Of a stretch of 64,000 nucleotides of DNA, positions 1 through 11,986 are shown piece after piece (within the stretch, counting starts at the first letter, position 1; each line of letters starts with the position of its first letter). Position numbers and translations under genes: made by a program. The DNA comes from Takakia lepidozioides. Lineage: Eukaryota; Plantae; Bryophyta. The stretch covers positions 41,230,001 through 41,294,000 of the forward strand of contig CM060731.1 of NCBI GenBank assembly GCA_030704615.1, given 5' to 3'. The notes beneath the pieces were generated by a model. That model was not told the DNA's origin and ran no database searches. It saw nothing but the letters and a program-made list of their open reading frames with translations.

Positions 1-3000
1 TTAATCTACCATGGCACCAACAGGACAAGGGATCCAGAGGAGCTTGCTAAGTATGATGTGATTTTGACCACCTACTCTATTGTTAGCATGGAGGTGCCCA
101 AGCAGCCCCTGCCCCATGAACCTGATGAATATGGTTTCATCCCTTTTAGCAAGCCGAAGGAGAAGTCAGGGAATGGGGAGAAGCGGAAAGACAAGGGAGG
201 GGGAAGGTTAGCGGATGGGCAGAATGGTCTGTCACTAGCTTTGGGTTTGGGTCCTTTGGCACGGGTGGCCTGGTTCAGGGTTGTCTTGGACGAGGCCCAA
301 AGCATCAAGAATTACCGGACGCAGGTTGCTCGTGCAGCCTGGGGTCTCCGGGCTAAGAGGAGATGGTGCCTTAGTGGGACACCTATCCAGAATTCCATTG
401 ATGATCTTTTCAGCTATTTTCGATTTCTACATTACTTTCCCTGGGACTCATACAAGAAATTTCGCTTGGAGATAAAAGACCCAGTTGTGCGAACACCAAT
501 AGAAGGCTACAGAAGGCTTCAAGTCATCTTGAAACCAGTTGTTCTGCGGCGTACCAAGGGTAAGAACTCAAAGTATTTGGGGTTGTGGTTATGTAGGTTA
601 CTGCATTTTGTCGGTGACAGTCATATCAGCAAGACTCTTATGGCCTGTCCACAAGTTACAATAAATTTTGACAAAAGATGTAAGTAGATTTTTGTTAATT
701 GATTTGATGCTAGAAGGTAGCTGTGTAGTAGAAAATGTTGTGCTCTAGAAATTGCGGAGTCAAATGTTAGCAGAATCCTGTTAGCTTACTTACACGAGTT
801 GCTTTTGTTTTAAGTATTATTGTTTGATGCAGCCACTTTCATTGATGGGCAGCCCATTGTGAATCTGCCTCCAAGGATAGTAAAGCTAAAGCAGGCTGAG
901 TTCAGTATGGAAGAACGCTCATTTTATACAAGTCTTGAGACAGAGATGCGCAAACAGTTTCAGGTGCACTTTCTTCTCCAGCTTAAGTGCTACTTGAATC
1001 TTTAGTCTTGAAGGATGTTGACTGCTTGTCATATGGTTGTCATATCTTACAGATTTGTGGGAATCTATAGAACTTTGACCAGGCTGTGATGATTGACCAA
1101 TCATGCAAACTGGAAGTCCAGAGTTTGAGTAATGAAGTACCACTGAAGTTATGTGCGTTACGCTGGACTATGGGAGCTTTTCATGTAGTTCAGTGAGTGT
1201 TAGTGTCAAATCCCTACAGGTTTGTGGGAATCCATAGAACTTTGACCAGGCTGTGATGATTGACCTATTGTGCAAACTGAAGTCCAGAGTTTGAGTAATG
1301 AAGTATCACTGAAGTTATGTGTGTTATGCCGGCCTATGTGAGCTTTTCATGTCTTATACTTCAGTGAATGTCAGTGTCGAAGCCATTTGGGGTGCAAATA
1401 ATTTGGATTCGATATTATGAATCTTAAAATAAGGGTTCACAGTAGTTTTGTTTTGGTAAGTCAAGCTACAAACCTATATAGTCATCTTTGCCAGGGTTTC
1501 AAGAATGGACTAGTTGCTTTTATTTTTTGTCAGAAGCTGATTTGGTGTTCAAGTCACTCAAGTTGATGAGAAACCATGGGTGGCAAATGCAGATTTATGC
1601 GGCGGCCGGGACGGTGCAAAGCAATTATGTGAACATTCTCTGGATGTTGTTGCGGCTGCGACAGGCATGTGATCACCCAATGCTTGTAAAGATGGGCCGA
1701 AAGGCACAGGCAGCCCACAAGACTGCTCTTGACTCTGCCCGTAGTTTGCCTGGGGCGCAACGTCTTCAGTTGATTATGAGTTTGGATGACAACAGGGCGA
1801 TCTGCCCCATCTGCCAGGTATTCTACTTCACCCTCCTTCCTTCCATTGCTCATCCTCATGGACTTCTAAGTTTGCTCTTGTTACTTTCGTAGTCACCACA
1901 GTAGTTGATCTTTTTGAAACTGAAGGTATTTAAGCCGCCACCTACTACACTGTCAGAGCTCTTGATAAGGGCAAGAGTAGTAGCTAAGAGATTGTGAATG
2001 TATAGCTGTTCGTGACTCTGTTGTTTCAATTATACGTCTTTCCTTCAGCATTGAGGTCAAATGAGGCATCAATCCCAGACCTTCAAGTCAGATTATGCTA
2101 CATCTGCTCAGTACAAGTCAATCTGTCCCCCAAGCAATGAATCTTGGAAAGCCAGAGGTACAATGGGAATTTTGATCTGCTCATAATAATTGCATAACTC
2201 AGTGGTTTTCAATTGAAGGAGATGATATTTAGACGGTGATTAACCTGTGAGAAAATGAGAAGCTTTATCGACTGGCTTGGCATCCATGCAGGATGCCCCA
2301 GAGGAGCCAGTGGTGAGTGTCTGCACTCATGTTTTCTGCAGACAGTGCATCTCAGAGCAGCTGGCCAATGGCGACGATACCTCCTGCCATTTTCCTAAAT
2401 GTGGCAAGCCACTCAATTTGTCCCTCGTCTACACACTTTCAGCTCTTGAGGAGTGCAGTGTGGATGACAGCAGCAACACTAGCAGTTGTGACATTAGGTT
2501 ACTGGCTCGATCGCAGAAGAAACTGGGTGAAGGGGCTGAGGAAGAGAAGCTGATTTGGAAATCATCATCAAAAATAGATGCTGTGATCAACACCTTGCAG
2601 GCCCTACCACGAATGGACATGCTGGTAGAGGATCAGAGGCTGCTGAAAGAGGGGACTGAGGATATTGAGACCCAAGTGCAGGATCCTGATGAAAAGGCTG
2701 AGTCTTGTGCTCTTGCTGAACCATATTTAGAGACAACGGTTGCAGCAACAAGGCATGGGGTGGAGTCAATGGAAAAGGCAATAGTGTTTTCCCAGTGGAC
2801 AAGCATGCTGGACCTGCTGGAAGTTTCATTGCAGCAAGCAGGCTTTTGCTACCGCCGGCTGGATGGCACTATGTCTGTATCAGCCCGTGACCGAGCTGTG
2901 TCTGATTTCAACACTTGTCCTGAGGTTAGTTCTGCCTCATTGTTTTGGGTCCTGAGTGGATCATTGTCTGCACTTTCAGCTTTATATAAGGTGTAAATTT

Positions 3001-4006
3001 TTTAAGAGGCTTTTCGTCATTGTATTTTGCTGCCCTAGTCGAGCATGTGTGTGTTTTTTATGTAGAGACTTGTCACTGGAACTGTACATGTGCATTAGTG
3101 TAGCCAGGAGGATGCATTCGCACTGGTTTTTTGGAACAGCTTTCCAGGTCAGATTCGCAAACCTCTGTGGTGAATAAGATGGGTGCATGCACCTAGACTA
3201 ATAGATCTCCATGCTTGAAAGAGTAATAGATCAAAAGATTACTCAAAAGAGTAATAGATCTCCATGCTTGACAGGTGACTGTGATGATCATGTCTTTGAA
3301 AGCTGCAAGTCTGGGCTTGAACATGGTGGCTGCTTGCCATGTGCTGCTTCTTGATGTTTGGTGGAATCCAACAACAGAAGATCAGGCGATTGATCGTGCG
3401 CACCGCATCGGTCAGACTCGTCCTGTCAATGTTTCCCGGTTCACTATTAAAAACACTATCGAGGACCGCATCCTAGCATTGCAGGTAACCTCCCACATGT
3501 TCCTTGGCTTGTAAAAGCGTTTAGGGGTAACTGGTGTGTCGATTGGTCCTAGCCGTTGAGAGGAGCTACTTTCTTAGTGGTATTAGTCGGATAAAGGACT
3601 TCATTCACAAGCAAGTCATACTTGATTGGGAACATGAACTCTTACTACCGGCTAGATTTGTCACAGTTAAAACAGTTAACCCTGTGAAATATAGCATGAA
3701 TCTCCTTGAGGCAGTATGTAACTGTCCACCCTGCAACATACCTTAAAGTCCAAAATGCTTTGCCATTCTTTTTGTGGCAGAATCCGTATACAATGATATT
3801 TTCTGTTTCTTAATGAAGTTCCTTGGCCATGAGAGTTGAATGTCACATGCAGGAAGTAGTTGGCTGTTTATTGTTGGAAACTAATTGTGCTGTAATTGTA
3901 GGAGGGCAAGCGCCAGATTGTGGTATCAGCTTTTGGGGAGAATGAGGGCGGGGAACAGAAAACTCGCCTTACTGTTGAAGACCTTCAGTTCCTCTTCCAT
4001 GTCTGA
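1..4006 (+). CDS. SNF2-family RING-finger helicase (RAD5/16 subfamily, CHR27/CHR28/FRG-like), 5' truncated by window; exons approx <1-559, 832-963, 1593-1817, 2292-2924, 3275-3484, 3902-4006
   Basis: Motifs [14 protein letters not shown] (motif II), [21 protein letters not shown], split C3HC4 RING (CPICQ|[19 protein letters not shown]...CHFPKC), [49 protein letters not shown] and C-terminal [11 protein letters not shown]; GT-AG boundaries keep frame. Confidence 0.93.
1047..1380. repeat. Intronic tandem duplication, 2 copies, period about 167 bp
   Basis: TTTGTGGGAATC(T/C)ATAGAACTTTGACCAGGCTGTGATGATTGACC at 1054 and 1221 with continued similarity downstream. Confidence 0.85.
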
Positions 4007-5749
4007 TTGATTCCGCAAACACTGCACCTCGGATTGGAGATAATGCAGTAGCATACTGTTCCTGCAGGCTCCTATCCAGAAATTTCTCCATTTTATGCCA
4101 GTGATCGATACCTGTTTCAGGAGTTGAGGTCTGCTCTTACTAACACAGCCTGAATGACTTCAAAAATTGAAGACCCTGCACCAGCACCATCTATCTTCAC
4201 AAATTGTTGCTGCAGTGGGCTGGTCTCTTCAACACATTGTTCTATCTCATTGCTCTCTTCACAAACTGATGATACACAATTTGTAGCTCCTACAGAGAGC
4301 GCTCTCTCTCGGGAGTTTGCCCCTCTCGTCTCAAATGGGCTGCCACGTTGATGCTGCAATTGGTGTCTACCTTGCACAATAATCTGTTGAGCTGTCTGCA
4401 GCCACAGAATCCAGACACACACAGGGCTTCAATGACCATATGTTAGCAAGAGGGGTGCTCTGGTTATGCACAGGAGCTTTTGTCCCATTAAATGAGGCGT
4501 GGCTTGCTCATCCAGGCCATTGGCCATCGGTTAGAGTAATCCTGAGCTAGCCACTGAAGAAGGTAGAGGCTTGTTAGCAGTGCAACCTGGAGTTGAAAGT
4601 TGACTGTAATCAACCTCAATAGATATCCCAGGCAGTGCTAAAATGTTCACCATCGTACTCCCTGATACTTGATCATCCTCTCCACTGGTTTCAAAAATTT
4701 CCTCAGTTTGGGGAGAGGATGCTGGCCTTACAATAGAGACCTGCACGAAATACAAGTTAGGAACCACGACCTGTTTTGTAAAGGAACTGCAACAAAGTCT
4801 CTGCTTGTTTGCATACAAATTCCCGCTTGTTTATTCATCTTCTGCATATATGTCTACCTGATCTTTACTGTGTTCAACATGGGTGTGCTTATCTATATGC
4901 ATGTAAAGCTTCTCTCACGTTTCTCAACCAAATATCTTCTTTGGAGAAATGTATATGCAGTCTAAGAAGACATGCAAAAGGCAGGTTCCAGCCAAAGACG
5001 CACCTGTGACACTGAGTCACCAGGCTGGTCTGAAGTTGGCCCAGTCTCCAATATGTAGAAATAGGTTTCTATTCTCTCAGCCATCTTTGAGCTCCAAAGA
5101 TAAAGAGTAGTCTCTCCATGCTCGGCAACAGAGAACTTAGACCTGTTGGTAGCCAGGCCGCTGACTTGCGAGGCCTTGGAAAAGATCACAATCAGAAGCA
5201 GATGTGTGGGTTAGGTATGACGCCTCGAAATCCAGGCGTGGAGTTTTGGTAAAAAAAAGGCGGAGGGAAAGTGAGGAGGAAGCAACGGTTTCAAATCCAC
5301 TATAGCGAAGCTGCAAGGGAGGATAACATAGCTTGAGGATGGAAGGAAGCTTGAGGTAACGAAGCTTGAGGGGAAGATTGAGCAGCTTGAGGAGAAAATT
5401 GAGAAGCGTGAAGTGGATATTGCAAGCCTTTGACTTACCGACTGTGCAGAGTTATGCAAAAATGTTTACCTGAATAAGGATCAAGCATAGTGCTAGGTCA
5501 CTCTCTCACATTATGTTGGTTTGCAAGTACTCTAATTTTGCACGCATCCCTTGTTTTGAGGTGTGGACAACCTACAACCTAACGACGACATGTGCCTTGT
5601 TTACGCTAGAAACAATGAAATTGAGATGAAGAGCATTTTTCCTTTTACTATCATTTATACTACAAGATAATGGACATTATATTGTCCCTAAAGCACTGCC
5701 ACAAATTTTTCTTTGTATCTATCGTGCGGTTAAAATGCAGAATTTATGG

Positions 5750-5975
5750 CGGTGAATTCTGCATTTCGGAATGCACCCCATCAGCTCCCTCGAGTGCATT
5801 CCGAAATGCAGAATGCACCGGACATTAATTTTTATTTTTATTTTGTGGCAGTTCTTTACGCAGGGTAATACCCCTCGTGTCGGGCATTCCCGGATTTGCG
5901 GGCCTTCCCCTCGGGCTACCGCCCTCGGCGTCGGGCCCTTAAATCCGGGAATGCCCTCCACTCAGGGCATTACCC
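5750..5975. repeat. Two adjacent long inverted repeats (MITE-like palindromic element or elements)
   Basis: Perfect 21-bp IR 5756-5776/5794-5814 with 17-nt loop; second imperfect hairpin 5862-5975 with AGGGTAAT...ATTACCCT ends and a perfect 16-bp core GGGCATTCCCGGATTT/AAATCCGGGAATGCCC. Confidence 0.8.
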
Positions 5976-6089
5976 TATACATTACAAGATAGCCAATCCG
6001 TCATAGATGTCCTAAACTGCATATCTCCACGAGTTGTTGACTATTAGGCAAAACCTTGAGCTACAGTTGTTTTAGGGCTGCTTGTGGAG

Positions 6090-7760
6090 CTACTTCATGA
6101 CCACCGATGGTCGCACTGTTCCACGCACGCATCTGCCACAGTCATCAGCGCAGAACCAGAATTTGTGGTTCTTGGCTTCTGATTGGTCATATGGGTGGAA
6201 CAATCCAGTGAAAGTCGGAGCCGGAGTCCGGGCACTGCCTCTTGATATGAAAGACGTGCACTTCTCGAAAGTGGTGGCCCTAATCGCCGAACATTTCACC
6301 CGAGACCCAGCATCGGTACGTTCTATGTGCCAAATGTCGTCGAGGCACATAGACTCCACCACATCGGGAAGCATGTTATTCTCCTGCACCATTGCAATGA
6401 CAGAGGGAGATGTAGGGGCTTGGTGTCCTGAGGAAGGTTCCTCCACAGTGGTGGTTCCGGACATGGATCTATGATGCAAGGGAACACACGGCGTGGAGAA
6501 ATTGCAAGGTCGTCGGGCCGTCACCACTTACAAATATCTTCCCCATTTTCCTGATTGTTGCATCCAGGCATTGTGCACTGTCTCCGCCAGATTGCAAGAT
6601 AACATTCCACCATCTCTTCAAGGGACATGTGCTACAGAATGGGAAAACACCCTTCACAATGAAGGATAGGTAGATCCTTCTACAACATTGATGGGAAAAA
6701 TGGAGACAATGCATGCATTTTTTCCATGCAACAAAAGCAACGTACCTTTGTCATGCATGCTCCCCGCTGCCTGTACCGGAAGTGCCAAAACGCAAGCCAG
6801 TCTTCCAGTGCTCTCATACTATCCAGAGATGCAGCCCCAAACGAGAACCACCAGGCACGAATTGTTTGGAACAAGGTATTCGTCTCTGCCATAGTTTGGC
6901 ATCTTTGTATTGTTTGCACAACCTGCAACTCTGCATCTCCGGCTTGATGTCTGTCTTTGTATGTTTCTCCAGTGACCGTGTCCACTGAAAAAGATAGGTA
7001 CGTTCTCTTTCCGGCATTGGCACTATTGGATCACCTGATCCGAAGACAATGCGAACCGCATTGAAATTCGCTTGAGCACTATCGGCCATGAATCCTGCAA
7101 AATTGGGAGATGACACACCATGGCAGCCCACAACACGGATCAAAGATTTCTACATGAGCTGCTGGGATTCTGCATCCTCTGATTGCATGTCGCACACTGC
7201 AATTGTCATGACTCATTGGTATTCAGGGTCGTAAACATGATATGTCATTGTCGTCCAATCTTTCACTCGTTTCACGTGATCAAACATAAGAAAACACTTC
7301 TCCAGATCGCCACCCCTCTCCATTCTCTTTACAAGGCTGACCCCACTGCCCTCCCCAGTTGTCGACATCTTGAAAATGAACACTTTGATTGATCTCCTTG
7401 TCCTGGGAACACACTATCTTGAATGTAGTCGTACCTGCTCTTTCGCTTCAATTCGAAAATGTTGTCGATATAGCCTCTGTTTCCTGGCTCATTCTCAATG
7501 CATTCACCTAGTGTCAAATGTTTGGTGAACTCAACGTGGAGAAATGATCCATGACAATGTCCAAAGCTGGCCCTTCAAGTTTCTTGTTGACAGAATCTCT
7601 CGCGCTTTAGAATTTGGCTCTCCAAGAATGTCTTGTTTCCCCAAGAGCACTCCTGACCGTTTCATGCTTAGGTCCACATCGTGATACTGTGCAACTCCGC
7701 TATTGGACACGGGTGTGGGGCAATGTAATTTGGAACTGTTTTGTTGTTCTGATTCCAAAT
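6090..7760 (-). pseudogene. Degenerate Mutator-like (MULE) DDE transposase
   Basis: Joining frames on the minus strand gives FDHVKRVKDWTTM...VCDMQSED, GFMADSAQANFNAVR (second D), RTYLFQW (decayed CxxH position) and CNLAETVHNAW (E); several stops and frameshifts; no TIR pair identified. Confidence 0.65.
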
Positions 7761-9085
7761 TGTACTACCCTGGCAAACGATTAGGAACAAGGAATCATAT
7801 GTGATGTTGAGTGCTTTCATTTCGGAAAGTGTGTTTGTAATGTTGTTGTAATGTGTTTGTAATGATTCAAGAAGAACTACACATTGTCATCGTGCCTCCA
7901 TTCCCCCAATTTCGGCTACTCATTGTATGTGTTGTCAAGCCCAAAAAGAGTTAACAACATTCTTGAACAAAGCTGAAAATCCTTCAGCATCTTTCAGAGC
8001 AGATAATCCATGTGCACACAGATGCCCATGCTTAAGAAATGGTGGCACCACAATTTGCACGCCCAGGGTATTTATACAATGTTACTGAAGACTTGTTTTG
8101 CAAAAAAACAACTTAAGGTGCTTGTGAAGGCTTGTAAAATGCAACTGGTCTCCAATTTCCTAGTCCTTCTCCCCATTCACTTGCGGGACTTGTCACATTT
8201 GTAAAGTGCATCATGATTTCTGACAAGAAAGTGACACCAGATAGGAGCCAACATTCCAAGCATACAAATCATGTCAGTCTCCTGGACAGAGTGCCCACTT
8301 GTATTTCTCGCCATGTTTCACGGACATCCTAAATGTGGATGGTGAAGGAAATTTTGGGATGATAAAAGAGGGCAAACAAATGGGTGGCATTCGGGTTTCA
8401 ATCCGCGAAAATAGGTGCAGTCCGCGGAATTAGATGCCATGCGGTTTTTTTTTTAAATGTGACGTGGCGATGATGCGGACTCTCGTGGTGACATGGCGAT
8501 GATGTGGCATGAGCCTGGCAGGCTCACGTGCTCACAAGCTCACGGAGTCAGGCTCACGCGGAGGCATTCCCCAAGCTAAAGGAGCAGCCATCTCACTTCT
8601 GAGCTATGGCTGCATGCAAGATATTGACTCTTTAAACACTTTGAAGTGCTGCTAAGTATGGCAACATAGGATTGAATGCTTGCTGAGCTTCTACGTAAAA
8701 GCTGTTTTCAACCTCCCATGGGGACACCAAGTTAAGACCTACGTAAAGTCCATGAGTTTGGGTCTTTGATTCTTTCAATACAAGGTGCATGTGTTTTCTT
8801 ACAGGCTGCGCTATAGCGGCAACCATTATAAAGGTTTGAGGGAGACTCCTGCAGAACATTTGCATTTGGCAGCGCATCCCTTTGCGACAGGTTGGAGTGG
8901 AAGCATCGTACATGGCACATTTGAGGGTCATCTTGTTTGCAGTGAAACTTGCGCCGTCTGGTTCGGACCGTGCAGAGGCGTTGTTTTTTTTTGTGATGGG
9001 ATCCATCTTTGTGAAAGTTTTAAATGTATATCTGCGACTCATGTAATATCTTGTGTGTACAGGCTCTCTTGACTGAGGTAATGAC

Positions 9086-9935
9086 CAGTGTTGTGCGGGT
9101 CCGGGTTTTGAAGGCGGGTACCCGGCGGGTTAGGATCCGGGTTACCCGGACCCAGACCCGCCTGCTGGGTCCAGAACCCGTTAAACCCGCTACCCGTGGG
9201 CCAATGTAGTGGGTCAGGGTCCGGGTCTTAAATTTAGATGGGGCATACGGGGTCCACCTTAGATCTGGTAGGTTTTGTCATATGTGTGGAGGGGACGAGC
9301 AACAGTAGGCCGCAGCAGCCAGCCCCACCACGTTGTAGCCCAGTGGTAATGCCCACATACCACCTCAAAAGCAGTTGTGGGTTCGATCCCCGGAGTGGTG
9401 TCACAAAGTTGTGCCCTCTGGGACCATAATTTACACCTCCCAAAGGAGACGTCATATATTATTATTATGCCAGATCCCACACATCCATGCTATAGTGATC
9501 TACCCTTGAGGCATATTACTATTCTTAACATGTTTAAAGAATTGATATTGAAATATAGAAAATGGAACTCAAACTTAATTTAATTCTTATTCATGGTATA
9601 CATATTCATATTCATGGTATATTTTGAAGGAATGTCTCTTAAAATAAAATTCATTATTAGGATTTAAAGTTTTTTTCAGCCAATTTTTTTTATCCCTAAT
9701 TAATCTTAATTTTCTAATTTATTTAATCAATAAATTAGGACCCGGATCCGAACCCGTGAACCCGCTAATATTTCCCAACAACTACCCGGACCCTAACCTG
9801 AGTCCGTGTTGACAAACCCGGACCCGGATTTTCCCAATTTCAAAAACCCGAATCCGGACCCGGACTTGGCTCCGAAAAAAAACCCGCACCCGGACCCGGC
9901 GGGTTCCTTAAAAAGGCAGATTCCGCACAACACTG
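9086..9935. mobile_element. Non-autonomous hAT-like DNA transposon (MITE)
   Basis: 13-bp perfect TIR CAGTGTTGTGCGG (9086-9098) / CCGCACAACACTG (9923-9935); many subterminal (G)ACCCG/CGGGT repeats at both ends; AT-rich interior; 8-bp flanks GTAATGAC and GTATGAAC. Confidence 0.8.
9325..9468 (+). mobile_element. tRNA-derived SINE-like / tRNA pseudogene module inside the MITE
   Basis: A box TAGCCCAGTGG (9336-9346) and B box GGTTCGATCCC (9380-9390) at tRNA-like spacing; (TAT)n tail 9455-9468; cloverleaf stems are degenerate. Confidence 0.5.
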
Positions 9936-9939
9936 GTAT

Positions 9940-11310
9940 GAACCAGAGAAGTCCAAGGATCACAGGATTTGTTAGAGACTGGATGATGTTGAAAACAATA
10001 TGTGATCGAGTGGTCGAGTTTCATGGTCAACATTTTCTGATGCTAACGGTCGTCCATCGATGACTTCAACGGGGGCTGAGAGTTTCTTCTTTACGAGCGT
10101 TAAATTGTGTTGTTTCGCAAAGTTTTTGTCAATAAAACATGCTGAAGGCCCTGAGTCCAAAAGTGCTTCTACAGAGATATCTCGAGTTGACACTCTGATT
10201 TTTACTGGGATTGTGAAGCAAGGTGCAGGGTCTGGAGGTAGAAAGAGACATTTTTTTTGTGAGGAATTTGTGGTGTCTAGCCGCATAGTCGCTACTGTGA
10301 CTAGACATCTTCGTTTTCCGACCTCCTCGTATCGAATACTTGAGTTGTGCCCCGAGCTTTGAATCTTCTCTTGTTGTGGCAGTTTAATGCTATGTGATTT
10401 TCTTCTCATCAATAGAGGCATAATCCATTCGAGCGTCGTCTTTGTTTTTCTTGTGGCGTCAATGGCTTGAATCGGACAGCATCAATCAACATAGGATCAC
10501 TACCGGATGTCTGATGGATCGTTGTGTTTGGTTCTATAGTAGCAGCGGCATGATGCGTCGTCAACCATCCAGATCGCTTCTCTTGACGTCTTTCGAACAA
10601 ACGATTATCACATGCAATGATTTGGGTGATGAATTCGCGTAGTGTGCTCACGTTTGGCATTGTCAGCAACAAATCTTTTATATCCTCCTTTAGCCCACAT
10701 CGAAACTGACTAATGAGGCTCTTCTCATTCCAGTCGAGGTCGCATGTAAGTTGTCAAAATTCAGCAGCATAAACGAAAGCAGGACGTGCTTCTTGTCGAA
10801 GATTTCGCATCTTTGTCTCTACAATTCTCTCCATATCATTTTCTCCAAACGTTGCAGTGAACTCGGACATGAATGCTTCAAAATTGTATAGTAAATGCGA
10901 ATTTTTTTCTAATAGCGGTGCAAATCAAGATAGGGCAGTATCTGATAGAAGGGTGCCCACGAATCCCACTTGAATACCTTTATCGGGGTAACGTTGTGGA
11001 TGTATTGAACAAAACCGCGAAATCTTGATCTTGTCCTATCAAATTTCTCGGGCATGTTGATCTTTGGTTCTCTCGTAATCTGTTGAAGATGAACTGTTGC
11101 AGTAGGAGCTGTTGCAGTAGAGACTCGTACGATTGAAGATCCATTGTTCGACTTCTTTAACTCTGAAATTTGTTGTTGCAAATTGTGGAGAGCGTTGCCA
11201 AGATCTTGAGACTGATTAGCTTGTAATTGGGTGGTAGAGGTACGAAGTTCTTACATCTGGAGCTAGAGACTCTGCAATGTGGCGACCATTTCCGAAATGT
11301 GTCTTCCATC
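9940..11310 (-). pseudogene. Ty3/Gypsy chromovirus gag and aspartic protease (degenerate)
   Basis: PKINMPEKFDRTRSRFRGFV (gag), RRRSNGLCLY (truncated zinc knuckle), ALLDSGPSACFID (protease DSG), PVEVIDGRPL; truncated at the MITE boundary. Confidence 0.85.
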
Positions 11311-11347
11311 TTAACTAACTAAGGAACAAACTTTAGTCTCGTCAAAC

Positions 11348-11986
11348 TGTCAAGGACGAGACCATGACTGAACACAAACAAGATATCAGACTAGAGGTAC
11401 AAGACTAGACAAGAAGTCAAGGTCAGCGTGGCCGAATGGATGATGGGTAAACATGAATCAAGATGATCTTTATAACAATGGACAAGAGTACAAGATACTG
11501 GAACTCGACTCGAATACTGGGATGCTGGAAACTGGACTGAGGTACCAGATACTGGAAACTGGGCTAGAGTACTGAAAGTTGGACTGGAGTACTGGGAGTG
11601 AGAACAAGAGTAGCTTGAACTTGTGTTGGCGAGACTGAAGAGTGTCCAGTCTCGCCTCCTATATATACTGGCTACTAGGAGGTTCCCTAAGAGACTTCCC
11701 CAAAGGAGATTTCTTGATGGAGAAGTTTCCTTAAACAAAGGAGGTATCTTGATGGAGAAATTTCTTTAAACAAAGGAGGTATCTTGATGTAGAAGTTTCC
11801 TCAAAATGAAGCTTCCTAAGCAATTTCCCAAGTTACTCTCGGTAATTTGATAAACTTCCGGTAACTTGGTAAGTAATGGTAACTTATGGTAAATCATGGT
11901 AGATCACGGTAACTTTTGATAACATGATATCTTGGTAACTTCTGGTACTTACTCCTGGTAAGTTCCTCTGGGCTATGTCCGTGACA
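11348..11986 (-). mobile_element. LTR-a (5' LTR of the minus-strand chromovirus segment), about 639 bp
   Basis: Minus strand begins TGTCACGGACATAGCC and ends CCTTGACA; homologous to LTR-b and LTR-c; TATATATA box near 11660-11667. Confidence 0.9.

Noticed and set aside
5280-5435. Coiled-coil gene fragment with AGCTTGAGG 21-bp periodicity
   Set aside because: Short, contains a stop, has no start or splice context and no recognisable family
8632-9042. 136-aa minus-strand ORF
   Set aside because: No recognisable domain; lies between transposon remnants
9325-9402. Functional tRNA gene
   Set aside because: A and B boxes are present but the acceptor, anticodon and T stems do not pair properly; it lies inside a MITE
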